The position numbers and the translations under genes were made by a program. The notes under the pieces are model-generated. The model saw nothing but the letters and a program-made list of their open reading frames with translations. It searched no databases and was not told the DNA's origin. Shown one piece after another: positions 26,301 through 39,388 of a stretch of DNA of 64,000 nt (within the stretch, counting starts at the first letter, position 1; each line of letters starts with the position of its first letter). Origin of the DNA: Lepidodermella squamata (lineage: Eukaryota > Animalia > Gastrotricha); the NCBI GenBank assembly GCA_047495785.1, contig JBLDXI010000020.1, forward strand, positions 3,038,001 to 3,102,000. Reading direction: 5' to 3'.

Positions 26301-28768
26301 TATCAACGAATGTGCCGCTGCAACCAGTCCTTGCCCGACGAAATCGACGTGCTTCAACACCCCTGGCAGCTATTTCTGCACGTGTCAAGCCGGCACCTAC
26401 AACTCATCGAACACTTGCGTTGATTTTGACTGGTGCACTTATGGCACCTCGATTTGCCCGAGTGGTTCTACCTGTGTCAAGACCGCAGCTGGGAAGTTTA
26501 CCTGCACCTGCCCAAGCGGCTATACCTACGATGGAACTAACTGTGTTGGGCCTCGATCTTGCCAATCAACGACTTGTACTGACCCGGTCAGCCAAGTTTG
26601 TGTCGTGAATCCAACAACCCTAGCTGAGAGTTGCATTTGTAAGACCGGGTATACAACCTCGGGTAGTGGATGTACCGATGTTGATGAATGTTCTGTACTT
26701 GGATCAGTAGCTTGCCCAACCTCGGGCGGAGCCACATGCATAAATTTGCCTGGTTCTTACAAATGCGGATGCCCAGATGGCTACTACGAAGCTAATCCTG
26801 GCCAGTGCTTGAACATCAACGAGTGTCTCGACAGCACAAAATGCCCGACTGGCTCGATTTGCACTGATAAATTACCGCCAGAGAAATATTCATGCACATG
26901 CCCGACCGGTTATAACTTGAAAGGAAGCGCTTGTGTTCCGTTCGATATGTGTGCCGCTGGTTTATCAGCCTGTGCTCCAAGCACATCTGGCGGCCTTTGC
27001 ATCAGTGGGAACGGAACTTATACGTGCTCATGCGCGGCTGGTTATACTGGGGACGGGTTTTCGTGCTACGACGTTAATGAATGTGCCTTGGCTAAATCTC
27101 CATGCCCTCAAGGGTGCACAAACACCTATGGCTCGTATTCTTGCTTCTGTTACCCGGGCTACGTGTTGAACGGTCTCGGCCAATGTGAAGATCTGGACGA
27201 ATGCCAATTGATGCGCCACGATTGTGGTCAGGTTTGCAACAATGTCCCTGGAACTTACACTTGCTCGTGCCAGACTGGTTTCTCCCTTGATTCTGACGGG
27301 AAGACTTGCAAAGCGAATACTGCATGTCCAAGCGGAGCGGGCTGTTCCTCGCTATGCGCAATGGTCAACGGGATCGCGAAATGCTTCTGCAAGGACACGA
27401 CCAACTACTTCCTGGATACAGACGGAAAAACTTGCCGAAATGTGGACCTGTGTGCCAAGAAACCTTGCGTTGGCGATAATGCAGTTTGCGTCAACCTTGC
27501 CGGTGGTTTCAACTGCTCTTGCACCAACGGGTATAAGCAATCTCCGAACGGTTTGAAATGCGTCGATAGGGACGGTGCCTGGTCTAACTGGTCACCATGG
27601 TCAACTTGCACGAAGACCTGCGGCGGTGGCACTCAGTCGCAAAACAGGTCTTGCGATAGCCCATCGCCTATTGCAGCAGGCATGCCTTGCTCCGGCGCTT
27701 CCCAACAGTCTCAAGCATGTAACACTGACGTGTGTCCGAAATCGGATGCTGAAAAGAAATACGCTGTTGACTCATCGTGGAGTTTTACGAGCACGGAGAC
27801 TGTCAACCTGGTTAACATTTTCAACACTCAAGGAGATCAAGTCAGGAGTATTGTTGCTGATGGGGTCAACTCGAAATGCCGCAGTAGCCCTGCTACTTGC
27901 TGCGGAACAACTTCCGACTCAGCTTATTCGTAAGTCTGGTTTAAATAAAGTTTAATGATATTTTCATTCCGTATTTTACTTTCGCAGTGTCCCAAGTAAT
28001 GCAATGTTCACATCTTACGACCAAGTTGCTCTTGGCGGGTTTGTTCAGACCACGTCGACCTTCACATTCAGCACAGCTGTAGCGGCTTATAAGACCAACA
28101 AAGTTTGCACATCAGCAACGGTCCAGGCTCGAAAGAAGCGAGACTTTTTCACCTACAACGAGACCAGCCAAATTCCTCTACCGCAGAGCATGATGTCATC
28201 TGTGATGAACGACGCGACTGTTCAGCAGAAAATTGCTGATTGGCTTCTTTCGCAGTATAACGTGAAAATTACTTGGGCGACTACCACCACCCTACCGCCT
28301 GTCACGACTTCTCCGAACAGTGTTGTCACAGGAACTGCTCAAGCTTCTCAATCTAGTGGATTGCCTATTTGGGTGATCATTGTCATAGTCGTAGGCGCGG
28401 TTGTGGTCATTGCTGTAGTCATCGTGGTCGTAATTATTGTCATCAAGAAGAAGAAGCATAAGATTGCGGACGGCGGCGAATCGGCTACTCCTAAGAAGGT
28501 TTCAGCTCCTCCTGCAAAGAAGACCGAGCTAACAAAGAAACCTGAGCCGAAGAAAGCTGAACCAGCGAAGAAGGCAGAACCAGCCAAGAAAGAAGAGCCG
28601 AAGAAGGCTGAGCCGGCCAAGAAAGCCGAGCCAGCTAAGAAAGCCGACCCGCCAAAGAAGGAAGAGCCGAAGAAAGCGGAACCGGCGAAAAAAGGAGCAA
28701 AGAAAGATGAGGTCGAGGTGATTGACGAGATTGAATTAAAAAAGACAAACACAACAAAGAAAAAGTGA
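20338..28768 (+). CDS. Large type-I membrane glycoprotein, MUC4/SUSD2/Mesh-like: Thr-rich, EGF, TSP1, NIDO, AMOP, VWD, many Ca-EGF, TSP1, TM, KKAEP-repeat tail. Possible signal-peptide exon from 19497.
   Basis: DIDEC/C-x-NT-x-GSY-x-C repeats. WGNWTDWSQC and WSNWSPWSTC TSP1 motifs. VAPYWS (NIDO), CPP...CCYD (AMOP), GHVTTFDG and GLFGN-x-NG (VWD). TM IWVIIVIVVGAVVVIAVVIVVVIIVI. Confidence 0.85.
28537..28700 (+). repeat. Coding tandem repeat of KK(A/E)EP(A) units in the cytoplasmic tail
   Basis: About ten 5-6 aa units read directly in ORF 28004..28768. Confidence 0.9.
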
Positions 28769-29292
28769 TGATGATGATGATGATTTGAGCCTGGCGTCGA
28801 ACCCCTTGACCTTTACTTCTTTTCTGCGTCCCCGTCTTTCTTCAATCGAATCAACGAATCAGTACCAACTACTCGTGTGATAATTTGTAAACATAATTCC
28901 TTAAAAACAAACATTATTTTTCGTGCATTTTATTACTATTTTGTTTTGATGCTGTGGCACAAAATTAACTTGTTGAGAATCTCTAGTTTTCCTAAAATCA
29001 ACAATCCGGTTTATCGAAAGATTTGTAATATATCAATTAGTGTTGTACTTATAGCATGCCGTTCTGCATATAAATATGCCGTATCAGAGTGATTTTCTAA
29101 AAATAAGCTTTGTTCATCTCTCAAGTTATTCTGACGCCAACATTTATAATTTTTTATAACACTTATAACCAAAAACAGCGAAATCTGCTAACAAGTCTCA
29201 TATATTTTGTCGTTGATACTCACTCTCAACGTGCTTATAACTGAAAGAGAAAAACTGAAATAAAAATGGGGAAAATATTAACTATAAGGTTG

Positions 29293-31973
29293 TCATGGAT
29301 GCTCCTTAGTTGGGTCGGACATGCATTTAACATCGCTTCCTAACGCGACCAGAGGCAAAAAAATCGCAACTGGAGCGAAGAAAGCAGCTCCAGCGCAGAT
29401 GAATAAGGCCAATGAGTCGATTTTATAGGCCAGTTCGATCCAAAGGTCAGAATATCGAACAGACCTTGTATTTAGTGAAACCCGGCGGTCATGAAGAGAT
29501 CTACGCTTTTCGCTTTGCTGCTGGAAGGATTCACGTCGGCATGGCATTGCGGATTTCTGTTGATAGTTTTGTAAGCTATCCGGGCTGTAGTCTAGGCTGT
29601 TAGATGATTTTCCCGGTTCGAATCGGACCTGTTTTGCCGCCTGCTGGCATTCTGAGTAGTACTGTCTGGCCTTTCTCTCGCATGTCCAACGGTTGATTCT
29701 CTCGAAAGCACAGCATTGCTTCTTTTGGAGATAACTATAAGCGTGGCTACTATCGCTAATGCTTTCCACAGTGGTCGGATCCTCGGCACTATCAAGCGTA
29801 CTCTCTGGTACGCTATTCAACGATGGATGGAAGGAAACCATCGAGGCAGACTGGCACATCTCTCCATGAGCTTTAGCAAACAGTTTCCCTCGCATCATTG
29901 CTAGATCATAAGAAGGCCTTCGTGGACTACCTTCCTCGGGAGTGACACGTTCGGAGCTTTTTGAGTCACTTCGTGGTTGTTTTTCGCAGTAAACTGGGTC
30001 GATTTTCCCGAAATTATCTTGATTTTCGTAGTAGGAAATGTCCTCGTTTTTCAGAGGGAATTCCTCGCCAAACAGGTCGAACCTTTCCGTGTCGATCGTA
30101 AACTTCCTCGGAGGTGATAACGGGGTTTCATCTTCGTAGTCCTGTTGGGATCTTCTCTTAGCGGCGGGTGATTCTCGAAGAATGATCGGGACTCGATGAA
30201 ACAGCCTCAAAATAAACGATGGTGGGTTTGATGTCGTCCGCTCAGCAACTCGCTCAACTATAACAGATTCGCAAATGCCGATTGCAGACATGCATATCAG
30301 ACAGATGACGTATTTAGACAGGGCAGTAACAGCATCACTTGTTTTGGGCTATATACGAGATGCATGTAATGTTATGAATCAATAAATTTGATTCCTCACC
30401 ATTTCCTCGGTTAGGATAGTCTGAAACACAACCAAAGTGAGAAGGTTAGTCGTTCCGAAACCGATTCTGTCAGCCGTGGTATCATGACCTATTCGAAGTT
30501 CAACAAGTTGCATCTTTCTTGGAAAAATAGGGCAAAATACTTGGAATTAAAAAAGTCAGTAGTTGGATTAAAGACAATGTGGCGCACTGGAAAACAAATG
30601 ACGCATTATAAATGACTACAGGCATTTAGTTTAGCCTCACCGGGAATATCAGATTAATGACGTAAAATGTGCTTTTCCGTTTCACGGTGAATTCGAAGCG
30701 AAGTCGAGTAAAGGTTTCACCTGTGAAATTATAGGTGTGATAGTACGTCTGAAAAGAGAATTCGTATAGAAAATTTGATAGCTTTGAATTTTGAAAACTA
30801 ACAATTGCTCGATGTTCGCAAAGTTGAAATTGAGTTGATGCGAATGAACTGTCCACGAGCAGGTCGCTCATCCCATCGAATGTCATGGTTGTGCTGTCGA
30901 GGGACCAGCTAAAATGAGGCTCTGTATAGCACCGTCTCTCAACTTTCTTCAGGAGACTATAGAACTCACCTTTCGAATTCCAGTGAGCACTGGAGACAAT
31001 ATTATTCAGCTTAAAAAGTTGCAGGAATTACCAATACTTACTTGTTGGATATCGAATGGAAAGGTAAGCAGTTTCAGCTCTTTTACGACGTAATGACGTC
31101 ATAAATCAAAGTTCTTTCCAATTTGTGAAAACAAGAAACTTACCACACCATGTCCTCGCAGTTCCTTAAATATTCATGGATTAAGAAGGTTTAATGATAT
31201 ATTTCAGATTTATTACCGGTTGGGACAAATTTGAAGACACCGTCGTAGCTAACTCTAACCATGAATCTGGAATCGCGAGAAATCTCATACAGGTGTTCGG
31301 CAGAGTTGGTCATCTTAATTTCATAATTGGGTAGAGCACATCGAAATGTATGCATTTCATACCGCAATGTCGGGCAGCCAAACCTGAGATAAGCGTTAAG
31401 TATAAAAATGTAACAAATGTGTCTTCAATAGTTTACTTGCTCCGTTGAAAAAGAGAGAAATGTGAGATTCGCATACTCCACTGGATCCCTGTTTGAACGA
31501 GTGTTCATATATCCGAGGTAAGGAGCATAAGACATACCAAACCATACGACGATCTCGCCATTCCTTGAAAAATCTAGATGAATATGGTGTTACACATCAT
31601 GTTGCCCACTACTTACGATCATCAGGGCAATCACACTTTCGAAGATGCCCTCTTTCTCCACCTGAAATCGTCGCACAATACAAATTTGAATTTTATGCTT
31701 AGATGCTGGCTGATACCGTATTTTTGACTTTCAAAAGAAGGATATCCATGTGAATGACGATTGGCATGTCCAGAACAACTTCCTAACATTAGTGCTTTGA
31801 CAAAATACATCATAATTTGTAAGCAAAATCACCTTGTTGTACGACTTAAACAGTCCCTCAATGAGTTTTTGAGCTGTCGAGGCCTGTATCGTTCTCTGAG
31901 TTAAAACAAATTCTTCGCTAGCCGTAACCAAACCGGGAGCTAAGACCAAAAAAGATAAGTATATCAATTCCAT
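29293..31973 (-). CDS. Cys-loop ligand-gated ion channel subunit (nAChR non-alpha/5-HT3-like), many short exons
   Basis: Signal peptide, WLPDI, spliced Cys-loop CELKLLTFPFDIQQC, RKSTFYVINLIFP (M1), DRIGFGTTNLLTLVVF (M2), PKTSD, and M4 after LAYKIDSL. No vicinal CC. Confidence 0.88.
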
Positions 31974-32819
31974 TTCCTAAAAGTGCTGACTGCTCTCCTG
32001 ACTTGAGACGTTTCTGGCAGGCAGCTTTATTGGTGTCGCACTTGATGAAATTTATTTTCGCTGCGTTGACGTCTCATTAGATTAGTTATCTGACCCAATT
32101 TCTAATCTTTTCTCAAATGAGAAAATCATTCACTTAAATTTTCGCTTTATTGGCATGTAGCACTTTCATTAGGTGCATTTGTCGGAAAAATGACCGCAGG
32201 AAGCATGCACTGACCGCTGCTCATAATGAGGGGATCGATATTAATCCCACGCTAACATTTCTATGAGGTGTCCATCGATAAAATTGAAATTGCGCATGAC
32301 GTGTGATGTTTTATAGAAAAGTTGCTTGTACTTTGCAGGAAAAAACAGCGGATGGCCAGGTGTGTTTTTTGACGATGGCGATGCATTTATTAGCAAATTT
32401 TGCAAGTTCCTCGGCGATACCCATGGGCGAGATGCTAAAGTGAGCAGATGCAGACGATAGCTCGCACTGGCCTTTCACTTTTACCGGCGCGCGCACGCCT
32501 GCAGCACTCTCAGTGACGATATTAGCGGCTGGTAAATATTACCACGTGGCCTGTTCCTTCATTCAACCTGCCCTAGCTCGATAGTACACGCGGAAAATAA
32601 AACAAAACACCTTTACAGCAGAAGCGTGACTTCACGCAAATTAAATTACACTAGAGTTATTGCACTTGCCGGGAAGCATTTTTTCGAAAAAAAATCGAGC
32701 GTTGTTTTTGACACATTCCTACTTTTACAGCAATGCAAATACAAAAAGGCGACGATGACCTGGTGCGCTGACCGTTGTTGGTACAGCCATAACTACCGTG
32801 TGCTGGTGACATTTAAATT

Positions 32820-35616
32820 ATGACCAGCTTTCTCCACTCGGCTGTCTGGTTGTTAATTGGGATAAACATAACCGTCTCGTACCCTATCAGTGAAATCTCC
32901 TCAACTCGTCAATGGGCTGTCTTACTTCAAGGTGGCGAAGCGGCAGCTAAGAAGCTAGCGCAAGAACTAGGCCTTGCGTACAAAATCCCGGTAGAATTTC
33001 TCTAGAAATCTTGACAAAACACTTTCTCATTCTCATTTTTTTCATTCTCAAGGTTGGTTCCATTCAAGATGTTTACATCCTCGAAGGAAAGTGGCCTGAA
33101 TTCCGGAAAGTTTCCGAATTCTCCCGGCCCATCAAGAAGAGAGAAGCGCTTACCCAGAGTAGAACCTGGGCCTCTGTGATAACTGATAAGCTCAAGCATC
33201 ATGATGGAGTGGCCTTCACCGAAATTCAAATCCCTCTTAAGAGGGTGAAAAGGGCGATAAGTCTCTACGACGATGATTCACTCTTCGACGACCCCCTGTG
33301 GCCCAAAACATGGTACTTGGTAAGTCCAGCCTCATCGATATCTCAACTACTTGAGAATTTTCAAACTTTGTAGAATAAAGCTCGAACGAGGTATGGATTC
33401 GATATGGATGTGCAGAACGCATGGGCAGCCGGTTATTCTGGGAAACAAGTCGTAATCACAATTTTAGACGACGGCATTGAGGGAAAACACGAAGATCTCG
33501 CGACGAATTTCGACGGAAGGGCTAGTTACGATGTCAACGATGGCGATGGTGACCCTACCCCTGCTTACGACCCCCTTGACAACAACAGGCATGGAACTCG
33601 ATGTGCTGGAGTAGCAGCTGCTATTGCCAATAACAGTCTTTGCTCAGTTGGGGTTGCCTATAATGCATTAATAGGAGGAATTAGGATGTTAGACGGGCAA
33701 ATTACTGATGTTGTCGAAGCTCAGTCTATATCTTTCAATCCCCAGCATATCGATATATACTCCGCTAGCTGGGGGCCGGATGACGATGGGAAAACTGTGG
33801 AAGGACCAGGAAAATTAGCTTCATTAGCATTTCAACGTGGGGTAAAGTTAGGAAGAGGTGGGAAAGGTAGTATCTACGTCTGGGCATCTGGAAACGGCGG
33901 AACCAATATCGATTCTTGTGCTTGTGATGGCTATGCAAGTTCGATTTACACAATTTCGATTAGCAGTACGACTGAGAATGGGCTCAAGCCGTGGTACCTG
34001 GAAGAATGCGCATCTACTCTTGCTACTACATACAGCTCTGGAAATCCTGGCTTTGAACGCCAGGTAGTGACTACCACGCTTCGAAACCGCTGCACTGATG
34101 CTTTCACTGGGACGTCGGCGTCCGCGCCCTTTGCAGCTGGGATGATTGCTCTGACTTTGGAGGCGAATCCAAATCTTACTTGGCGAGATGTTCAGCACAT
34201 AATTGTGGAGACCGCGAGACCTGAGCCGCTGATGGACGCTGGCTGGGTTCTTAATGGGTACGTTCAAAATGACAAAATTCCGGCATTAAATAATTCGAAC
34301 ATGTTTGAATAGTGTTGGCAGGAACGTAAGCACGAAGTATGGCTATGGTTTAATGTCGGGATTCGCCATGGTAAAACTTGCGGAGCGTTGGAAAACCGTC
34401 CCTGAATTACTGACGTGCAATGCATTTGTTTCGGGCGGGCCTTACGACTTGACAGACATCCCTAGTCTGAGTCTCCTGGCAACTGTCAGCGACTCTGCAT
34501 GCTCTGGTTTCCCCGTCGTTTACATCGAACACGTTCAAGTCGTTGTTTCATTAAATTACTCTCGAAGAGGTGATCTGAGCATTTACTTGACCTCTCCAGC
34601 CGGAACTAAATCTCAACTGCTACCTCCGAGATGGTTGGACAGGGAGCCGGGTGAATTCAAAGACTGGCCACTTACCTCCGTACAATTCTGGGGTGAACGG
34701 GTCGAAGGGGATTGGCTTTTGTTAATATCGAACGTGGGACAATCTAACTTCGGATCTTTAAGAAAGTGGCAGCTTGTTTTTCATGGAACTGAAACGGCAC
34801 CTGCTTCCTCAGCTCTGCCCAGAAAGGTTGTGAAAGTAACAACAACGGCGAAATCTGAGTCTTTCGAAACAACAACCCGGTTCATTTCAACATCAACGAC
34901 TCTCAAAACCACGGTGAGTATTTGTTGGTCTGCTGTTTGTTGGGCTAATTATTTTGAGCTTTTTGTAGAAATCATCCACGAAACCTGCTACAACTACAGC
35001 TTTCACCACTACCACCACAGTTCGAACGACTACTGACAAGTCTACTCCAACTATTCCCACAACTCGACTAACGACTAGGACATCAACTTCTCTGTCAACT
35101 GTAACTGTTACGCCAAGGAGGGTAACAACGACTCCTACTACGTCTCCCACAACACGTCGAGTAATTACAGTGCCAATGACATTTTACCCCAATAACACAT
35201 CGACTGCGAGAGCAACTGCGACTCGGAGGACTGCAACGACGCGCAAACTTACAACAGTTCCTATTTACACTCCTGAGCAGTGGCCTACCCGGCCTTTAAC
35301 CACCCCTAGTTTACCTTGGCAGCCCGTCGAAGCAAGAAATCAGTGGAGGTCGTTCGCCATGGTTCTGTACAACACCACAGTAATGCCGACAACAACCACC
35401 CCAACGACATCAGTTACTACCGAGGAACAAACTTCCCAAACTTATAGGACGAGAATTGTCACTGTTCCAACAGTAAAGTCCACCACGGCTTCTCCCAAAA
35501 CCGAGACAGGACTGATTTCTTCAGCTTACAATCCACAAGCGATGCAATTGTTGAAGTTTTCAGCCATCAACTATTTGCTGTTATTTTTGAAAAACAACAC
35601 CCTTCTTTACCTTTGA
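32820..35616 (+). CDS. Furin/PC5-like proprotein convertase with Thr-rich stalk (exons ~32820-32990, 33053-33320, 33373-34258, 34313-34913, 34969-35616)
   Basis: Propeptide site KRVKR. Catalytic LDDG, HGTRCAG, SGNGG and GTSASAP motifs. P-domain RRGDL. Thr-rich region and hydrophobic C-terminus. Confidence 0.92.
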
Positions 35617-35698
35617 GAAGGAGCTTTTTCTGCGATAATGTCTGTCATTTGTACAGCTACCAGTATATTTTTATTCAATAAAAATGCTGCTATAAAAA

Positions 35699-38468
35699 TC
35701 AGAATTGTGTAATCGAGTGTCGTTTATGCATGTTCAGCACCATGAAAGAGCCATTTCCTTGAGCTATAAATTGAGAATTGCGTCTTGTTGGCTTGTGCAC
35801 AGCTGGCATAGCAGCCATAGAAGACTTAGGATCGATCATTGGCTCAATTGGCTTTGAAATTAGCTTGGGTATGAAAATATTAGCAAGATTTATCACAACG
35901 AAGGCGATTGCGCTAGACGCTATCGTAATTATCAAGCCGCGAGCATTTTGTGCGAAAATCAATCCTAATATGATGGTCGCGAAAGAAAGAATCAGTTTTC
36001 TATAAATACACCGGCACGACGCTTGAAAATCTGGAATATTTACGAATGATTGCTGAAAAATTAAAATTATCAATATTCCTAATATTACCATTCAAAAATA
36101 AATTACCGATCTGAGAACATATGCGAGGAAACTTTGACGGAGGATGTAGAGCTCTTCTAAAGCCGCGATCACAGCAAAGATAGTAAGAGGAACAGCAGAT
36201 ATTACTGGCTTGAAACTTGGCGAAGAGTATTGATAGAACAAGCTGATATCTGAGTGTGAGATCTCCAATCTTTCATACTGCCTATCCACCCGTATTGAAT
36301 CCACCAAGGCCCAAGCTATGATTAGCGCTGTAAGCAGGCCTATCCAAGACAGCATGAACTTGACAATATTACGCTCCACGATTTTGATAGGCAGGTTATT
36401 TCTTCTCGCCCGATGCTTTGATCTTTTCGCATTCGCGGGGGAGCTGATTTTAAATAAAATTGATCCTATTTCCATCTTGGCAGAGAGAGCAGCAAATACT
36501 ATCACAGCTCCGATGACGAGGAGCGATACGGACGCTTTGAAGTATGGCAAAGCTACTTTAGGGTCAGCTTGTGTAGGCAAAATAATTAGATGACTTGAAA
36601 TGACGCAATTCCCAAACAAAATCGTGCTGTTCAGCGCCATATGAAAGCCTTGGCTAAATGGAACAATCGGCCGCAATAACTGATCAAGCAAAAGCAAAAA
36701 ACTAGTAATGATGAGTACGATGGCGATCGAAACCAAGATGTAATACTCGTAAGACACTAATAACGGGACGAGGATTTCTTGAATTACCATAGAATCTGAA
36801 TGAGGTCGACCGCTGTTGGTCCGCCAGGTTATCTGTGCTGGGCCAAGTTGGAAACCAGTCAGATTATTAGCGTCTGCATACGCGACGATTTTCATTACGA
36901 GCTGACCATTGGTCGAAAGCTGATTTTGAAGCATTGCGATCGGTGTATATCCTCGGGTGTTGTCCATAGTCGACTCTTCATACTGGTAATCTCCAAAAAG
37001 CCCTTCTGATCTGAACGTGTACAATGTCTTGCGCAACAAATCTCTGACGAAACTGCCATTTTTGCGAAAATTCACGGAATTCGTGAACCAGTCGGATAGC
37101 TTCTCACCACCTGAGGAAAGCAATCAGCTCTCTTATGTAAGAATATGGGAAATTCTTACTTTTACGCAGATATGCTTCTGTTAAGTTGAGCCACCGAGCA
37201 GCCATCATCGTTTGCTCGTAACATAGGAGACGGAGGCCCCAAATCGACGGATTAACCGGGCTTGTCGCTCTCGCTAACATCAACTCGTCGAATTGTCTCT
37301 GAGTCATGCCAGAAAAATCTGCCACTTCTGCACTTGAAACTTGGCCTTTTGAAACGGGGCCAATGAAAAAAGTGCTGAGCAAAACCTGAGGAACAAATGA
37401 TTGAACATTCTTCAAGGGATTTCGAAATTATACTTCTTTCAACATGTCTGATGTGCACCATGGGTATCTCAGTGGGGTATTTGGCTGATAACCGCCAAGT
37501 AACGGAGAAATAATCGTGATCGCCGGCCCAAACAATCCGTATCGATGCAGAAAACAAGCAACCAGAGACTGTGTGCCTGATACGGTTACAATAACCCTGG
37601 GTCGAACTGACGCCAAATCCATAACAGCTGATTCTACATCAGATTCTTTCGGCAAACTAGCCCCGACAGATTCCGTGGGATACTTGAACATCCCAATAAG
37701 GAAGGTCACGTTTATTAGGTCCATCTCAGCCAATAGAGCGGTCTCAACCAAATTCCAGATAGGGTACAGCTCTGAGAGCATAGCGATTTTCCGCCAGCCC
37801 ATTTTTGCGATGAAGTGAGCTGCCAGTCTTGCTTGCGATATCGGAGGAGCGATCATCACAAATAGAGAATTGTAGGCCTTTCTATTCATCTGCACATGAG
37901 CTGTATTAGCTGCAGTGGTGATCTTCGGATTATATTGAGGTTTAATTAATAAATACGATGCCTGCATTTTACGACATACCCCTAAGACGTCGTAGTAGGG
38001 CAGGAAAAGTCCAGTGAACTGGTTGCCAGTCGACATGGGTCCCAGCACTAGGGGCAATCGATTAGGTGCCTGTGTTAACTGCTCCAATTTTTCGATGACC
38101 ATAGCAACTTGTACAGGAACCAATGTCTTAAAATTTGTTAATAAGGATTAAGGATTCATCAATTAGAAAATGTCAATAGATACTTTGTCATCAATCAGCT
38201 CAATTTCAAGCTGGTAATCCCGAAGGAGCCCAGCTTTCTCCACTTGAGCCAAAGCAATCTCGGTTGCCTTGGTGCATACCCTACCCATTGGATAAACAGT
38301 AGAATTGTAATAGATGAAAGCCAGTAGCGAGAGCTTTGTGCGATTGCCAGAATTTGTGCTATTCAACTGCTCCGAAAACACCTTCGCCGGCATCGGTGGC
38401 ATCCAATAATCTGACATCGCACGCACGATGTGGATAAAGACGACTGAAGTAAATATTAAATTTTTCAT
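35699..38468 (-). CDS. Divergent class C GPCR-like receptor (exons 38184-38468, 37980-38126, 37434-37922, 37160-37385, 36107-37110, 35699-36052)
   Basis: Signal peptide, GLLRDYQLEIELIDD, GWRKIAML, FRSEGLFGDYQY, seven hydrophobic helices, and TM7 FIPK motif. Confidence 0.78.
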
Positions 38469-38872
38469 TTGATCAAAAATTTGATTTGAATTTTAACCTG
38501 TGGAAGCAGTTATTAGAGCCAACTACGCCTCTGCTTTTCCTGATAGCGACTAATTAGCGGAATGATCATTCGCTCGTTTTTTTCACGCGATTCCCTTCAA
38601 GCGTTATTTGATACTTTTATCCATCCGTCTGCACTCAGCAAAGGCTATAAATGAAAGTAACGATTTAGCGTGAGAATCGAAAATAACGAATGTCTCTTGA
38701 GAAAAGTCTTCACTTACGGAGATGTGCGATATGGATACCATCGTTGTTTGTGTCGGCTGCCGGAAAAAATTGAATCGCTATTAGAAAAATATTGTTTTGT
38801 TCCCACGATCATCGACCTGTTTTTAGAATGTTGTTTAGTATGAATGACAACATTTTGACGGCTATCCATGAA

Positions 38873-39370
38873 ATGCTCATCCTAAGTATATTTATGCTGG
38901 CTAAGCTAACGCTAGGAATGAAAGCTGCCGTTGTCCAACCATGCATTTTGTCAACTCTGCCGCTAAATCAGCCTGATTCCGAAAGCACTGATATTATCGA
39001 CACAAACCACAGAAATCTTTGTCAAGTAAACGCTGAAGAAGCTGCGAGTATCAGCCGGGAGAGACTATGTCCAAACGTCGTTTGGAGATGGCGGTACAGC
39101 TACGAAGACAAAATTTGCATTAGATTCATGTATCACGGATGTGAGGAATGTAAGTTTTGAGATGATAATAGCCAGTGTTTCAAGAAATCATTTTTTTCAG
39201 TTCTGAAAAATGCTTTTATGTCTAAAGAGGATTGCGAAACTGAATGTGGAGCTCCACCGCTACAACAAGACGCTTTCGTTGACGCTCTATCTAACTCCAG
39301 TCCCGCCAAACACCTGCCGTTTCTGTCACTGACCATAGCAATCTCTTTATTCTCAGGATTTTTCAAATAA
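38873..39370 (+). CDS. Single Kunitz/BPTI-domain protein, probably GPI-anchored (exons 38873-39149, 39201-39370)
   Basis: C..C....RWRY.....C.RF.YHGC....NAF.SKEDCETEC. Signal peptide and hydrophobic tail LPFLSLTIAISLFSGFFK after SNSS. Confidence 0.8.
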
Positions 39371-39388
39371 ATAATGCTTATTTCTTTG

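Noticed and set aside
28348-28752. Antisense Phe/Ala/Gly/Ser-repeat ORF, or a TolA-like horizontal transfer
   Set aside because: It is the mirror of the KKAEP repeat, which is in frame with the TM exon of the host gene.
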